A stretch of DNA of 64,000 nt, from assembly GCF_036321535.1 (NCBI RefSeq), contig NC_087447.1:35838001-35902000 (forward strand), given 5' to 3'. Below are positions 1 to 12,343 of the stretch, in pieces. Numbering within the stretch: position 1 is the first letter of the stretch; each line of letters begins with the position of its first letter. The notes under the pieces were generated by a model that did no database searches, was not told the DNA's origin, and was given only the letters and a program-made list of their open reading frames with translations. Position numbers and translations under genes: made by a program. This DNA comes from Camelus dromedarius. Taxonomy: Eukaryota.

Positions 1-2256
1 AAAAGTGAAAATTGAATTACAGCGATGTTACTGCACGTTCAGGCTCCCAGAGAAAGTTCCATCCCTCCCAACTGTTTTCCTTGGGGCCTTTAAACCTAAG
101 GAGTGAGGTGTGAGTTTGTGTTTCCACTCGGGTGTGGTCAAAGAACAAAACAGAGCTGTTATCCCTGAGTCTCTTCAGAGACACTCCCGGATGGGGCGTG
201 GTCAGGTCACAAGACTACCAGCATTTTGATTTATCATTTAGATTTGTATTTAAAGAGCATTCTACATAAATCGGACATGTTTTCCCAGATGTTATGGTAT
301 GTGGATAATTTTTCAGGAGGATGAGTTCAGTTTATGGGGGTAGATGGGACATTCTGAGTGAGGATGGGGAGGTTCCAGTGTGTTGGAGGAAGGGTCTGTT
401 CAGCTGCAGCCTGAGTCCCACTTAGGAAATGATGGACATGACCCTGGAAGAGCGGGTAAGGGCAGAACTGAAAACCAGGATTGGAGTGACCTAACTGGTG
501 AGAGTGGGTGGATATCAGGGTAAAGAGCTGAACTTTGTGGGCTGCCTTAGAAGGAGGACTGGTAGGATGTGGTTTCTGAGTGGGGGCTCTGGATGCCATG
601 ATCAGCATTGGACAGCTGCCCACAAGGACCAGGAGCCCGGGACCCCCGGAAACAGGCTCTTTCCACAAACAGCATCTCCAGGTGATCTGTGCCTGACCCA
701 GGAAGGCAGAAAAGCAGAATCCTAGGTTCTAACATTGGAAATTGCCTTCCACTCCCACTTTCCACCCAGTGCTGTCTACCGAGGACACTGCCTCACTTCT
801 TACATTTAATAATGCAACAAGAGGCATTTCTGCAAGGAGGGGTGCGAGAGAGCTTCAGTCTTACGGCCTCAGCCAATAAGAGATTCTCTCTCCTATTCTT
901 TGTCTTGTGTCACCCCCCGCCCCCACGGCTGGAATTGGGCTAGAAGCCCTTTGGTCAGTGTGTCCTCACTGCAACCAGAGCAGATGAGGTTTTTATGCTT
1001 CCAGAGAGCAGAACATCTGCGGCTCCAAGAGTCATCCCAAAGATGTTCTTTTCCCTTGCTCATTATGGACCAAGCCAACAGTGCAGCGGTGAGAGATGGA
1101 GATTAGAGATACAGGAGATCATCTTGCAAGCAAAGGGTTTGAAATTTTGGCTCAAAGAGGCCTTGGAGTTTTTTTCCCTGAAAGGCCTGACTTGGGTGGA
1201 GACCAGAAATCTGCACTCTGTACCCACTGCTCAGGCCAGAAATCTCCAGGGCGGCTGGGCCCACTATGTCCTCTCTGTATTGGGAGGGACAAAGTTCCAG
1301 CCTTCTAGAACCCTTAAGACACCCACAGAAAGAAGCAAAGTTGCTCCGGCCCTCCTCTGAGGACTGATCAGGTGGGAACTTGCAGCTTCCAGCAGCGGCT
1401 TCTCCCTTTGTGGGCTGAGGACCATGCTGTTGGGCCTGGGGGCTGGAAGAAGGCAGGGCCCTAGAATCCCTTGAGTCTCCACCCTGCCCTCTCACTCAGT
1501 CTTGGGCTAAAGAGAGAGCTAAGGATGTAATGCATAGAGATTCACACTGAGCTGCTCTAGGGGTGGAATTCAGGGCTTCTGGCCCACCAGCTCCCCTGGG
1601 ATTGAGGTGCTACTGAAACAGCTCTTGACCCCGACCCTGGACTCCCAGCCATTGACGTCAGTGAAGTTGAAATAATGTAACCTGATTCTCCCCCTGGTGT
1701 TGGGGTGGGAGAGAGACATACAGGGACCTGGGGAGGGGAAGGAGTGGCCAGAAGTCAGGGCCAGCCCAGGACTGGACAGGGAAGAATTCAGTGGTAGGGT
1801 GCGTGGCGGGTAGGATGTGCTATCTGAACGAATGGCCTAAATCCTTTCTGAAAGCAGTTATCCGGCACTACAGCCACCATCAGATAAGACAATGGGCTTC
1901 TTCCAGACCGGGCAGCCAACATTAGTGCAGCCACCTGGACGTAATGGCATAGCCATGGAGGTGATCCACAGCAAGGCTGCATCGCTGTCACGTGGTGGTC
2001 ACATGTATGATATGTGTGTGCACACGCATCACCCCTCCTGGGGACAAGGCTCAGCCAGACCACATGTGGATGCGTAGAGGTACTCCTCTGACCACATTGG
2101 GGTGGTCTCCACAGTCTGATGTGTTGGAGACAGAGGGCCAGCCTGGCCTCTGGCTCTCCTCCTCTTCTCACAACCCTGAGGAGATACTGAGGTGGTCCCC
2201 CAGCAGTGGACTTCCTCTCCCTGGGATCTGCTGGGGGGTGCTGGGCCCGGAGATGA

Positions 2257-2349
<93 letters not shown>

Positions 2350-2519
2350 TAAGTATGATGGGTCCAGCTCCTGTGGACCAGCCTGGGTACCTCTGTCTTC
2401 AGGGAGCCCTGGGATGGGTTGTTCTGAGACAGAACATCCTCCCCCTCCCATCCTGGGGAGCTCAGGGAGGCAGAAGCTGAGTGCTCAGTCGTTCCTGGGA
2501 ATCAAATGAATACGCCATT

Positions 2520-3420
2520 CACTTGACTCAGCAAATATTTACACAAATGCTGTGCTGCTCTGTACTAGGGACTCGGGGTACATGTGTGAGCAAGACACAC
2601 AGATTGCTACCCTCAGGTTGCTGACAGGTCTGATGGGGGAGGCTGTCAAGTAGCCAGACATGTTGAGCCAGTAGTGTGACTGCTGGGATAGGACAGGAAA
2701 TGCCATCTGGCCCCAGTGCCAGCATCAGATGTCTGTTATCACTCACCTTTTTGATCCATTCAGCAACATTTTTAAGCTCCTGCCACTGGCTGGGCACCAT
2801 GCAGAATCTGGAGATGAGCAAGACCTACTTTCTTTCCTCAGCTAACTCATGGCCTAGTGTGGGGAGGTGGGTGGACACCACAAACACAAGGAACTCTAAT
2901 ACAAGTTCCAGGAAAATAACTGCTAAGTAGAGGTTAACAGCAGGAATATGAAGAACGGAGTTTTCACTAACTGCGGGGGGAGGACCAAGAAGGCTTGAGC
3001 TAGGTTTTGAAGGGTAAGAAGGATTTGACAGGTGGAAATATCAGGGGAGGACATTCCAGGATGAGAGCTCAACATTAGCAATGGTGCAGAGATGTAGAAG
3101 TCCAGGGAGTGACTGGGAAGTGACAGGTAATCTGAGGAGTAGAACTTGGGCACACAGAGGTCGTAAACAGCCACTAGCCCAGGCACTTCCACGGGGACAG
3201 ATTGTGGAGGCCCTGAGCTTGCCAAGGAGGATGGGCTGTGTCCTCTGGGCAGTGGGGAGCCATCGAAGGGTTTTGAGAAGGGGAGTGACAGACATTTAAA
3301 AACAAGATGAGCTGAGAGTAAACATTTGGCTGGAGAAGTGCCAGCCAAATGCTGAGGGTCTGAACAGTGTGAGGAGAAGGCTTGTGAGAGAGAATGTGAG
3401 GGGAGAATTCCCAGAGCTCA
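2520..3420. mobile_element. L2 remnants
   Basis: cattcagcaacattt / tcagcaaatattta ends; ggggagccatcgaagggttttgag-type L2 text. Confidence 0.55.
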
Positions 3421-3761
3421 GCTGCAGCTCCAAAGCAGGAAACCAGGGGATGAGAGAGTTCACCACCACTCACAGAGGTCTCCTGACTGGCAAGATGCTG
3501 GGCTTTTTGAATCCTGGCTTGATTTCATCTGCAGAATGGGTTAACAACCCCTACCTAACCAGTTTCCTTGGGATACTTACATGGGAGAACAAACCCTTCT
3601 GAGGCATCTGGCCCAGAGTTAGGGGCCCTGTCTTTTCAGGAGACTTCTCAATTCCAGGGCCTGGTGGGTAATGACCTATCCCTGGACTGCTTCCCCTGGG
3701 GATCCTGAGTCTCAGAGGTCACGGCTGTGGGTGAGGCTGCACGGTCCCCATGTCTCCGCAG

Positions 3762-3905
3762 GACCATGGACGTGGCCGTGCTTGTGGGAGACCTGAAGCT
3801 GGTCATCAACGAGCCCAGCCGCCTGCCCCTGTTTGACGCCATCAGGCCTCTGATCCCACTGAAGCACCAGGTGGAGTACGACCAGCTGACCCCCCGGCGC
3901 TCCAG
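3762..3905 (+). CDS. USH1C: USH1C exon 3
   Basis: AG/GT bounded, 144 nt; [48 protein letters not shown]. Confidence 0.97.
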
Positions 3906-3980
3906 GTGCGGAGGGAGCCAGAGGCTGGAGGCAGGGGTGGGGGGTGTCACCGTGGGATAGACAGGGTCCCTCATAAGTGA

Positions 3981-4331
<351 letters not shown>

Positions 4332-4554
4332 TGACAGGTTGTCCTCAGGCCCGTAGAAATCAGGCCGCAGGCACTTGCCTCTTTTCTTGAGTGGAGCTGA
4401 GAACCTAGCTCCCAGCTGCTGCTACCCTCACTGCACTGCATCTCACCTCCCTTACACCGGAAGGAGGAGCATGGTTATGTCCTGGCACCTGAAGCTCTGG
4501 ACACAAAGCCTTCTCCCTGGAAGGGAAAAGGAAACTCTTGCTCAGTGAGGTGCT

Positions 4555-4775
4555 CCAGAGCATAAACTGTGGGGCCAGAATGTCATGGTTTTGCTGTTCA
4601 TTAGCTGTGTGACGTTAGTGAAATGACTTAACCCTTGCCTCAGTTTCCTCATCTATAAAATGGGGTGATGATAATACTACCTACCTCATTAGGTTGTTAT
4701 GAGGGAATAAATGAATTCGTATTACAAAGGACTTGTACCAGTGCCTGGCACATAAATGCTGTGTGTTTGTTAAGC
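4555..4775 (+). mobile_element. MIR SINE (one of many; others near 7.9, 9.3, 10.9, 24.4, 28.3, 32.0, 58.5, 61.8 and 62.3 kb)
   Basis: MIR core cctcagtttcctcatctataaaatgggg...acctacctcattaggttgtt. Confidence 0.75.
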
Positions 4776-6431
4776 AAGCAGAGAGGGAGATGTAATAAAC
4801 ACATATAATGTGCCAGGGAACATGCTCACAACGAGCCCTCATTGTAAGCCTGGGCTGTATCATCCCCATTTTACAGAGTTGATAGAAGATCAGGGACTCG
4901 ACTGGAGTCACACAGCCAATAAGTGGCAGTGTTAGGATTTGAACTCAGGTCTCCTGACTGCCAAGCCCAGGGATCTCTCTTCAGCACCCCAGGGCCCCTC
5001 CCTTGGGGTCTCCACACCTCAGTGTCTGAGCAGAGATGGGCAGACCTCCAGGTCTCGTCCTGCAAGAGCCCAGAGCTGTGTTTTAATATGTCCAGATAAA
5101 AGAGGCCCTCCCACCCCCTCCCAGAACTTCTAGCATGCTTGTTATCAGCATCCCAATCTGGGCTGCCAAGCCAGGGGCTTCAGGGGGCCCGCAGGCTGAT
5201 GGTACAAGACACCGTGGAGTGGGAGGTGGAAACTGGGAGCTGACAGACATCGCTTTGTTCTAAATCCCTGTCTCATGGCTCGCTGGTAGCGTCTGAAATT
5301 TCAGCCCCTTCATTATTCCTCTCCTGTGCTGCACATTTTCCAGCCCAGAAACACAGCCAGAGAAAAAACATAATGAGCTCCTCTCTTGGCGTCAGCGGGG
5401 CCCTTTTTTTCCAGGGTGAGCCCTCCTCTTAGGACGAGCATTGCTCAACGATGCCTCCATGATTTAGGGCATTGGGACATTTTAATGAAACTCAGAGTTT
5501 TACCTTCCTGCCTGTTTCTCAGGCTTATGAGTTATCGACTGTTTCTAAGGTTGATGGGCTCATCTCTCCTTTGTGCCACTGTCCCTCAGATCGTCATTTT
5601 ACTGTGGCCCTTGGACAAAGGGCCTTTTGCAGGGCTCCACGTGGGAGCGAGAGGGACAGGAAAGCTGATTCTGTAACCTGAGCCAGGGGCTGTGTGGGAA
5701 TCATTCCGCTGGAGTCCCTGGCAGGTTCCCTTTAGGATCAAGACAGGGAGCTTCACTCAGAGGAGCTTGGGAAAAACGTCTTCCTCCATTCACCTGTCAG
5801 GGGTTCATGTTTCTGGAGAGATCTCATGCCTGTGGGAGGCTGGAAGAAGATTCCAGAAGGCAGGGGAAGGCCATGTACAGACACAGCCTGGCTGGACTGA
5901 AGGCCCTGGGGACTTAACCTGGAGGCTGGGCCCTGAGTGAGGGGCTTGGACCCAGCCCTGGGACTCCATCTCTGCTCTCGTCCCCCTCCTAGAGTCATTT
6001 TAGATGTTGGTCCAAGTGCATCCTGTCTGAAACCACACCCTCTGCCCTGCATAGGGCGGCCCGCACTGCACAACCTGCTGTACGGTCCAGGGCTAGAGGA
6101 TGATTCTGTGAGCTGTTGCAGCTGTGGTGCTGCAGTTGTAACAGGGACGGGACAGCCTGCTCCGTGGGGTGGGGTGGGACAAAGACCAGGGAAGAGCTGC
6201 TTGAATCTGGGCAGAGGGTTGTTCTTTGCATGGGTTCCAGAACCTGATGGTGCCCCACTAGGTGAATGGGACACAGAATGAGGGTAGAGACTCCTGGCTT
6301 CTACTCCCAGCTTCCTCTGTGCCCCTTGCCCCCATCTTCTTCCCCCCATCTGTAAAATGGGCAGGAAGACTGCAGTGAAGTGCCACCTGCCCAGGGATCC
6401 CTCAGGCTGATGGAGGGTGGGTTGCAAGTGA

Positions 6432-6698
<267 letters not shown>

Positions 6699-6826
6699 TG
6701 AGGCCAGGGCAGGGGGTGCTGCCGGTGGGGGGGATGGAGCAGGCAGCAGGGTACCCTGCTCCTGTGGGAGGAAGGGAGGGCAGAGAAGCCACCCTAACCC
6801 CTAACCACCACGCCTTTCTCCCACAG

Positions 6827-6851
6827 ACATCGGCCTGATCCCTGTGAAGAG
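6827..6851 (+). CDS. USH1C: USH1C exon 6 (25-nt microexon)
   Basis: cccacag|ACATC..AGAG|gtgagc; HIGLIPVKS; keeps frame between exons 5 and 7. Confidence 0.95.
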
Positions 6852-7044
6852 GTGAGCAGGAGCCTCCTCTGCAGGCAGATTCTTCCCTGTGGGCTCAGGG
6901 TCCTGGGATCAGCCTGGGGTCTGGCCAGCCCAACCCCCAGGCCAGTGATGGTGAAGACTCCAGATGGAGCAGATTTGGATTTGGGGCCTGGACCCTCAAA
7001 CATCTCTCCCTAATGACCCCCCTTCTACTTTCTCTTCCCATCAG

Positions 7045-7102
7045 CTCTCCTGATGAGCCCCTCAAGTGGCAGTACGTGGATCAGTTTGTGTCAGAATCCG
7101 GG
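7045..7102 (+). CDS. USH1C: USH1C exon 7
   Basis: 58 nt; SPDEPLKWQYVDQFVSESG; donor gtaagg. Confidence 0.96.
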
Positions 7103-7411
7103 GTAAGGGTCAGGACCACTCGTTACGGGGTCTGGATGGGGTGGTCTTTAAGGAGGGGCAGCCAGTCCTGAAGGAGGTCTTGCTCTAGGGAAGTGCCCTC
7201 AGGGGCTTCACACAGACCCCAGGGCATTCAGAATGCCCCTGTGGATGGTGGGCCCTCAGTTGGCCCGGCTGGTGCAGACACACATCCCTAGGGACAGAAT
7301 GGTGATCAGGCTCATGTAGGGACAGCAGTGCTTGCCCTGGAGTCATTATGAATGCAAGAGGCCACTTGCACATGTGTGGACACCCACAACCTTATCCTCT
7401 CCCTCCCCCAG

Positions 7412-7506
7412 GGCGGGCGGAGCAGCCTGGGCTTCCCTGGCAGTCGGGAAAACAAAGAGAAGAAGGTCTTCATCAGCCTGGTGGGCTCCCGGGGCCTTGG
7501 CTGCAG
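7412..7506 (+). CDS. USH1C: USH1C exon 8 (start of PDZ2)
   Basis: 95 nt; [32 protein letters not shown]. Confidence 0.96.
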
Positions 7507-8304
7507 GTGGGTGGCAGATACACCACAGGGCTCACTCATGGCCAGCAGACCCCAGTAGACCCCTCACACGCTCCCCTTTCTCACTGCTGCTTCTGACTTT
7601 TGTCCACTAGAAATGACACTTCTTGGTGCCTGATTTTTCCTCTGCACCTCACAACAGCCCTGTAGGGCTAGAGGGACAGCTCTAACAGGCCCATTTTATA
7701 GATGAGGTAACTGAGACCCAAAGGCAGTGCCATGTCCCTTTGGTGAGCCCTTGAGTCATGCAAAAGGAGCCTGTCCAGCTGGTCATCTCTTGTCACAGTT
7801 CCCTTATCATTTACTACCTCGTGGGCTTCCTTTAGAGGCAGCCAGGGAATTACAAACAGGCATTGGGCCTCAGGGGGCATTCGTTCTTGTTAAACACATA
7901 GGTGCTACAGTTACAGATCTAGGTTCCAGGCCCTGCTCTGCCACCTATGAGCTCTCGAACCTTGGACTAGTTACTTAACCACTCCGAGTCTCAGATTCTC
8001 CCTCTGTAAATCAGAGGTAATAGCACACACATCACAAGGTTGTTGTGAGGAAGAATGAGATGACAGAAGTGAAGCACCAAGCTTCGTCCTGGCAGGTAGG
8101 AAGCAGTTCATAAATGTTAGCTGTTATTGTTTAAGTTATTCTTCTTATTTCCATTCAGTCACATTTACTCAACACTTTTCTGCCAAGCATAAGTGATAAA
8201 ACTTCCCTCCTTTCTAAGAAATGACAGCTTAATATAGAAACCAACCACATAAATAGTTACAGGATAGAGTGACAAGGACTGTAATGGAGCTCCATTCTGG
8301 GTCG

Positions 8305-8495
8305 GACATGGCAAATAGGTTTTCTACCCTGTGCTATCTGTAGTCAGTTCGTGGTGGCTGCCTGGAGTACATTTTGAAAAGAACTCTAAGACTGTATCTA
8401 GGCTTGGTGGGAAAGAGTGCTGTGATCGATGAGTGATGTCTGCCACAGATCTGGGAAGGGGGAGTAACAGTATAAGTGCGATCCTTGCTATTGGT
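8305..8495. mobile_element. MER102-like hAT-Charlie DNA transposon relic
   Basis: atggcaaatagg...gtggctgcctggag...gggaaagagtgctgtgatcgatgagtgatgtctgcca resembles the consensus as recalled. Confidence 0.6.
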
Positions 8496-8869
8496 GTTTT
8501 AAGAGCACTAGGGAGGGAGCAACTGGCTTACTCTTGGAATAGAATAAAGAGTTTGGTTAAAACCTGGTAAAGGAGATAGCATTTGAGCCTTACGGAATGC
8601 ATAGGAAAGTGATAGAAAGAGAGAAGAAACAGCATATGTGATATATTAGGTGAGAAATTGGGTAGGATTGGATAGGTTATTGCTACAGGGAAATGGGGCT
8701 GGACAAGTAGACAGAGGCTGAAGAGGTAGTGGCAGAGGGTCTTGGGTATTGAGCTCCTGGGTGACCTGTACACTCAGGCACTGGACACACAGGCAGAGGG
8801 GGCAGGACACTGAGAATGAGCAAGTGCTAAGGAGCTGAGGCTCACCTACATTTCCCATCTCTTCCACAG

Positions 8870-8954
8870 CATTTCCAGCGGCCCTACCCAGAAACCCGGC
8901 ATCTTCATCAGCCACGTGAAGCCTGGCTCCCTGTCTGCCGAAGTGGGGCTGGAG
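8870..8954 (+). CDS. USH1C: USH1C exon 9 (PDZ2)
   Basis: 85 nt; [28 protein letters not shown]. Confidence 0.96.
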
Positions 8955-9888
8955 GTGAGTGAGCCTGGCCTGTCCCTATGGCGTCCCAGTGTGGTGTGGG
9001 GTCAGACAGGGATGGAGACACATGTCTTCCCACACAGCCCTCTCTCAGCAGTCACTGGCTAATGATTCCTACTAACCCTCCAAGGGAAAATTCCACAGAG
9101 GAGGTGACATTTGAGCTTTTCTACAGTTCTTCTCTGGCTCTGACAGCTTTTGGTCCTGAGCTTGCGAACATAGTAATAATCAGAATTGGCATGCATTGAG
9201 TGCTTACTGGATCGGACATTATTCTAAGCCCTTTAAAATTTATGAGAACTCAGAGAAGTAGATAATATTGTCAACCTCATTTTACAGATGAGGAAACTAA
9301 AACCCAGAGAAAATATGTGATTTTTCCAAGATCACATACCTAGGATGACAAGACTGGGATTCAAACCTAGGTGGTCTGATGCTGGAGCTAAAACTCTTAA
9401 CCTCTACTTTGAACAAGTTATTTCCTCTTCTTGTGCTTCAATTTCCTTTCCTGTAAGATGGGGGTAAAGTAAAAGCCTTCCTACTAGGGTCATGTGTGGA
9501 TTAAATGAGTTAATACATATGCTTAGAACATAATGAGGGTTCAATTAATGTTAGCTATTATACTAGTCATTATTATGACTCCACACAGCATCTACTGTAT
9601 GAGAAGCTTAAATGCTCCTATGCCTACAAACTGAGTTTTTAAAGTAAATGTCATGAATTCAGCCAAAGGAATGAACCTCTAATAGTGTAATACTTGATAG
9701 CTGATAAAAGAGATATGGGGTGGAGGGGCCCTGGGAAGACCCCAAGGGAGCACTGCTCCTCAGGAAGAGTTGAGGTGCAGCCAATTGAAGACCTAATGTC
9801 TGAGGCTGGCCTCCCGGGGGGAGCCCTTCCAACACACTGAGTACACAGACAGTGTAAACATGCTGATCTTTCTTTGTTTCTCCACCAG

Positions 9889-9948
9889 ACAGGGGATCAG
9901 ATTGTCGAAGTCAATGGCATCGACTTCTCCAACCTGGACCACAAGGAG
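9889..9948 (+). CDS. USH1C: USH1C exon 10 (PDZ2)
   Basis: 60 nt; TGDQIVEVNGIDFSNLDHKE. Confidence 0.96.
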
Positions 9949-10108
9949 GTGAGATGTGGGTTTTTTACCTGCTGGCCATGATCCTCTCTGACTTCCTCTT
10001 CTCGCCCCACTCCCACTTGCCACAGTGTCTGAAACTTTCTATGCTCCCCAGAGGCCTTGACCACTCTAGTCTGTCAGGCCTCAGCTGACTGTCCGCCTGT
10101 CCCCACAG

Positions 10109-10165
10109 GCCGTGAATGTGCTGAAGAGTAGCCGCAGCCTGACCATCTCCATCATAGCTGGAGCT
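10109..10165 (+). CDS. USH1C: USH1C exon 11
   Basis: 57 nt; AVNVLKSSRSLTISIIAGA; donor gtaagt. Confidence 0.96.
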
Positions 10166-10474
10166 GTAAGTCCAGAATGAGCTGGTGGGGGCCCCAAGAC
10201 CCATGACCTGCAACCCAGCTGCTCAGACCCCTGATCTCTGCCACACACTCCTGGGAAGGTTCAAGGGGTCTCCTTCCCTGAAGCTCTGACAGCAGAGGGA
10301 TCGGATCTCTACAAAGCCAGAAGTTTGGGTCAGAGAGAGCAGGAGCCACAGTGCCTGACCCAGGGCGGGCCATGGCGATGAGAGGACAACCCGCATCTTG
10401 ACCCCCAGAGCCGTGGCAGTGGACTCCTAGGTTCCCAAGGGACTGACCAAGGGGCTTCTTTTCTCCCCCACGAG

Positions 10475-10617
10475 GGACGGGAGCTGTTCATGACAGACCG
10501 GGAGCGGCTGGCAGAGATACGGCAGCGCGAGCTGCAGCGGCAGGAGCTTCTGATGCAGAAGCGGCTGGCGATGGAATCCAACAAGATCCTCCAGGAGCAG
10601 CAGGAGATGGAGCGGCA
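10475..10617 (+). CDS. USH1C: USH1C exon 12 (coiled coil 1)
   Basis: 143 nt; [51 protein letters not shown] acceptor. Confidence 0.95.
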
Positions 10618-11692
10618 GTGAGTGTGGCCAGCTAGGCTGCCCCTTCCCTGACTTCCCGGACCACCGTACCACTCCACCCGTCTTGCTTCCTGCCCACTGC
10701 ATCCTGTGCTGAATTCATCCTCTCCCCACAAGGCCTGTCCTCAGACCAGATGTATTCAGTGGTGGTCAGTGGAAGCATGCTTTGCCTCCAGACCACCGGG
10801 CTCCTCCCTCCTTGTCAAGGAGAGCCCCAGATTTCCAAGACCCAGGAATATGGAAAAGGAAGATGCTACTAGCAGTAGCCAACATTTGTCAAGTACCAAC
10901 CATGTGGCTCGCATTTTATTAGGGCCTTGTTTATATGCCTTAACTTAATTCCCATAATTCCCATAGCTCTGGGAGATAGGTGGTATTAACCCATTTTACA
11001 GGTTAGGGGACCGAGACTCAGAGAGGTTACACCACTTGTGTACAAAGTCAGATGTGGCCAAGCTGTGGAATTCACACCCAGGCAGTTTCACTGCTCTATG
11101 ATGAAAAGAACCAGCCCCCTCTTCCTGAGAGTGTCTGGGATGATGATTGGGAGAATAAATGGGGCAAGCAGTTCATAAGTCAAAAACTATTGTCAAACTC
11201 CCAATCCAGGTACATTCTAGGAGCTTAAGAATTCAGGAAAAGAAGGCAGACAGGATCTCTCTGTCTCCCCCATCACAGAACTAGCCTGGAGAACCACCCT
11301 GGGTGGTACCTCCACCCATTACCCTGGCATTGGTTAGCAGCCCCAGCTTTGCCCCTGGGGTCTGGGGCCACTCCTCTGGGAGGATCTCAGTCACAGTCAC
11401 TTTATCTTAGTGTTTAGAAGGGGCTGCATGGAGTGTGGCCTTCATCAAACTGCCTCCTGGTTCCCACAACACAGAATCTCTGCTCAGCAGTAACAAGCAA
11501 AACAATGCAAGAGCCCGGGACCCAGATTTTTTTGGACCCACTTTCCCAGCATCCAAATCTGGTCTCCAGGCATCCTTGGAAGGGAGCCTGGAAGAAATAC
11601 TTAAAACTTTTCTCAAATCAGTGATTAGCCACAAGGAAGCGTTAATGTCTCTTGCATAGATTCCAATATGCCAATCTGCATTTGTGTTTCAG

Positions 11693-11758
11693 AAGGAAAA
11701 AGGAAATTGCCCAGAAGGCAGCAGAGGAAAATGAGAGATACCGGAAGGAGATGGAACA
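11693..11758 (+). CDS. USH1C: USH1C exon 13 (coiled coil 1)
   Basis: 66 nt; RKKEIAQKAAEENERYRKEMEQ. Confidence 0.96.
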
Positions 11759-12094
11759 GTGAGTGCCTTGGCCCCATGTGTCTGTACACACATGTCTGTG
11801 TGTGGACGTGAGTGTGCTCTCAGGAGTATGGCCAGCCAGGGGCCACTTCCAAGCCCAGTTTACCTGGCCCACTTATCTTTATTTGTAGCCATTCCATAAT
11901 CCTAGTAAAACCCATCATATTAGGGTAACTGGAGCACGGCCTTGTAATGGCCAGTTTGGTGTTGACACTCGGTTTAGAATACGAGTGCCAGGAACTTGTT
12001 TTCTCCACTGCAGCTAGAACCCATGTGGCTCCTCCCCAGGGTGGTTGGGTTCCTCGATAGGCAGCAGGCGGGCTTGCAAAGGTTGTGACTCTAG

Positions 12095-12343
<249 letters not shown>

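Noticed and set aside
6791..6806. CCCTAA telomere-like repeats
   Set aside because: Only two imperfectly spaced units; better explained as CTAAC branch-point sequences before exon 6.
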